Shown here one piece after another: positions 61,415 to 64,000 of a DNA stretch of 64,000 nucleotides. Where the stretch lies: positions 256,001 to 320,000 of the forward strand of contig CAVTHS010000014.1 in assembly GCA_963734535.1 (NCBI GenBank), given 5' to 3'. The translations under genes and the position numbers were made by a program. The notes below the pieces were generated by a model. It saw nothing but the letters and a program-made list of their open reading frames with translations, ran no database searches and was not told where the DNA came from. Each line of letters opens with the position of its first letter. The first letter of the stretch is position 1. Source of the stretch: an uncultured Chloroflexia bacterium. GTDB lineage: Bacteria > Chloroflexota > Limnocylindria > Limnocylindrales > CSP1-4.

Positions 61415-62173
61415 TCAGCCCGCGATCGGGACCCGATCTCCGTCGCCGACGAGCGAGACAGGTCCCGAGAATTCGGCCCGAACGGCCGCCAGCGTTGCCG
61501 CCGGATCGCGATTCAACTGGAGATGCGTGAGGAGCACCCGTGACGGGCGAGTCTCGGCGGCCAGGAGCCCAACTGCCGCACCATCGAGGTGAAGGTCGGG
61601 CACGGGGACCGGACCCGCGCCAAACGCAACCTCGCAGAGCAGGACGTCGCCCGCTCGGATGAGCGGCGCCAGGTCCTCGGCGCGGCCGCAGTCGCCCGAG
61701 TAGACCAGACCCGGTGCGTCGGGCGCCGAAGCGAGCGTGACGCGGGTCGCGAGGCTGTCGACCGCGTGCGTGACGCGACGGCTCTCCACGACAAAGGGTC
61801 CGACCTGGACATGCCCGACGGCCCGATCCTCGATCTCGAGCGTCCCACCGGCAAAGCCCCGTTCGCCGGTCACGCCCTCCAGCCGCCGCACCAACCCGGC
61901 GGGGGCGATCACGCGCACGCGGCGCGATGGGGCGAACTCGTAGCGAAGGTAGTGTCGAAGCGCCACCAGGTCGACGAAATGGTCGGGGTGCAGGTGGCTG
62001 ACGAGCACGCCCGCCAGGTCGGCAGGTTCGAGGCGCCCGGCGAGCCCGGCGAACGCGCCCTGGCCCATGTCGAGGCACAACATGGCCGCCTCGTGAACGA
62101 CGACGTAGCAGGACGACGCGGTCCCGGGTCGATTGGGATAGGCGGCGCCCGATCCGACGACGAGGAGCTCCAT
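61415..62173 (-). CDS. MBL-fold hydrolase (RNase Z/ElaC-like)
   Basis: VVGSGAAYP, LDMGQG, SHLHPDHFVD, YSGD, LLCE and LLTH. Confidence 0.88.
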   Translation of the reverse strand: MELLVVGSGAAYPNRPGTASSCYVVVHEAAMLCLDMGQGAFAGLAGRLEPADLAGVLVSHLHPDHFVDLVALRHYLRYEFAPSRRVRVIAPAGLVRRLEGVTGERGFAGGTLEIEDRAVGHVQVGPFVVESRRVTHAVDSLATRVTLASAPDAPGLVYSGDCGRAEDLAPLIRAGDVLLCEVAFGAGPVPVPDLHLDGAAVGLLAAETRPSRVLLTHLQLNRDPAATLAAVRAEFSGPVSLVGDGDRVPIAG

Positions 62174-62183
62174 CCCGTGGAGA

Positions 62184-63017
62184 CTACCGGGCCGCGCGCC
62201 GCGGCACCAGGCGCGGCGCCTCCAGCCCCGCGGCGTCGATCGCCGCGTACACGTGTCCCAGCCCGTACGCGAACGAAGGGGCACGATGCGCGTCGGAGCC
62301 GGCCGTGACGCGGAGGCCGCCGAGCGCCCGGAAACGCTCCACGATCGGCGGCGCCGGGTACGTCTCGCCGGGGCGGCTGGCGGAGGCCCGACGCGTTCAC
62401 CTCGAGGGCCATCCCCGTCTCCACGAGCGCGCGCAGCAGCGGCTCGTAGACGTCCGGCCGGGCCGCGAACGCCGACGGAGGGACATGGCCGGCGAGGTAC
62501 TTCTTCACGTAGTCGAGGTGGCCGATGGTGTCGAAGAGCTCGCTCCGGATGGCAGCCTCGACCTCGGAGAAGTACGGCCCGACGATCGCGTCGAACGTTC
62601 GCCCGGCGACCCAGCCCGCCACCCGGCTGGCCAGGTACGGGGAATCCGCCCCAACGTGGACCGAGCCGATGGCGTAGTCGTAGGGGTGGTGCGCCAGGTG
62701 CTCGCGAATCTCGGCCTCGCGGTCCGACTCGTAGCTGACCTCGACGCCGAACCTCACCCGAAGCCCGCGATCCGCCCAGCGCGCGGCCGCATCGCGCACC
62801 TCCCGCTCGCGGGTGGCGAACGACGCGTACGAGTGGGCCGGATCCCTCGGGTCGAAGTCCAGGTGGTCGGTGATCGCGATCTCCGGGATCCCCCGTTCGA
62901 CCGCTGCCGCGCAGTACGCGTCGATCGGCACGTCGCTGTCGGGCGACAGGTTCGTGTGGAGGTGTGCGTCCAGCGGGAGATCGCGGTCCGCCTGCGGCCC
63001 CGGCGCGGGCAGCGAGG

Positions 63018-63021
<4 letters not shown>
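62184..63021 (-). CDS. PHP-family histidinol-phosphatase-like protein, frameshift near 62380
   Basis: DAHLHT, AITDH, GVEV, IGSVH, GHLD and LEVNAS, then in a shifted frame ETYP and TAGSDAH. Confidence 0.85.

Positions 63022-64000
<979 letters not shown>

Overview
High-GC bacterial chromosomal window. The gene repertoire, GAAC-N4-GTTC SOS boxes, an F420-type nitroreductase and many apparently leaderless genes suggest Chloroflexota, possibly Limnocylindria/Ellin6529-like (inference). Many single-base frameshifts look like long-read consensus errors, worst at 1-850, 2900-3950 and about 22200-25380. Contents in order: a surface-glycosylation cluster with a decayed IS630; a PIG-L deacetylase and pcm; a co-oriented minus-strand signalling locus at 19422-26832; dodecin, dnaB, lexA, rplI and dinB with an SOS-boxed small gene; a folate C1 and histidine-utilisation region (cyclodeaminase, folD, fhs, hutH, hutU, formiminotransferase, hutI) containing a divergent HisD paralogue and a MazF-type toxin-antitoxin pair; a candidate sRNA; argS; a vWA/repeat surface adhesin; an MBL hydrolase, a PHP phosphatase and a partial kbl-like gene. 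The best candidate for an undescribed system is 19422-26832. It reads MalT-like ATPase/BTAD regulator, then two micro-ORFs missed by the ORF track that both end in KGF-stop (MGPEFGSKGF and MKTR...AAVIAGGASLKGF), then a membrane-sensor HD-GYP phosphodiesterase, then a DUF5317-MFS fusion. This looks like a peptide-signalling circuit with a cyclic-dinucleotide output.
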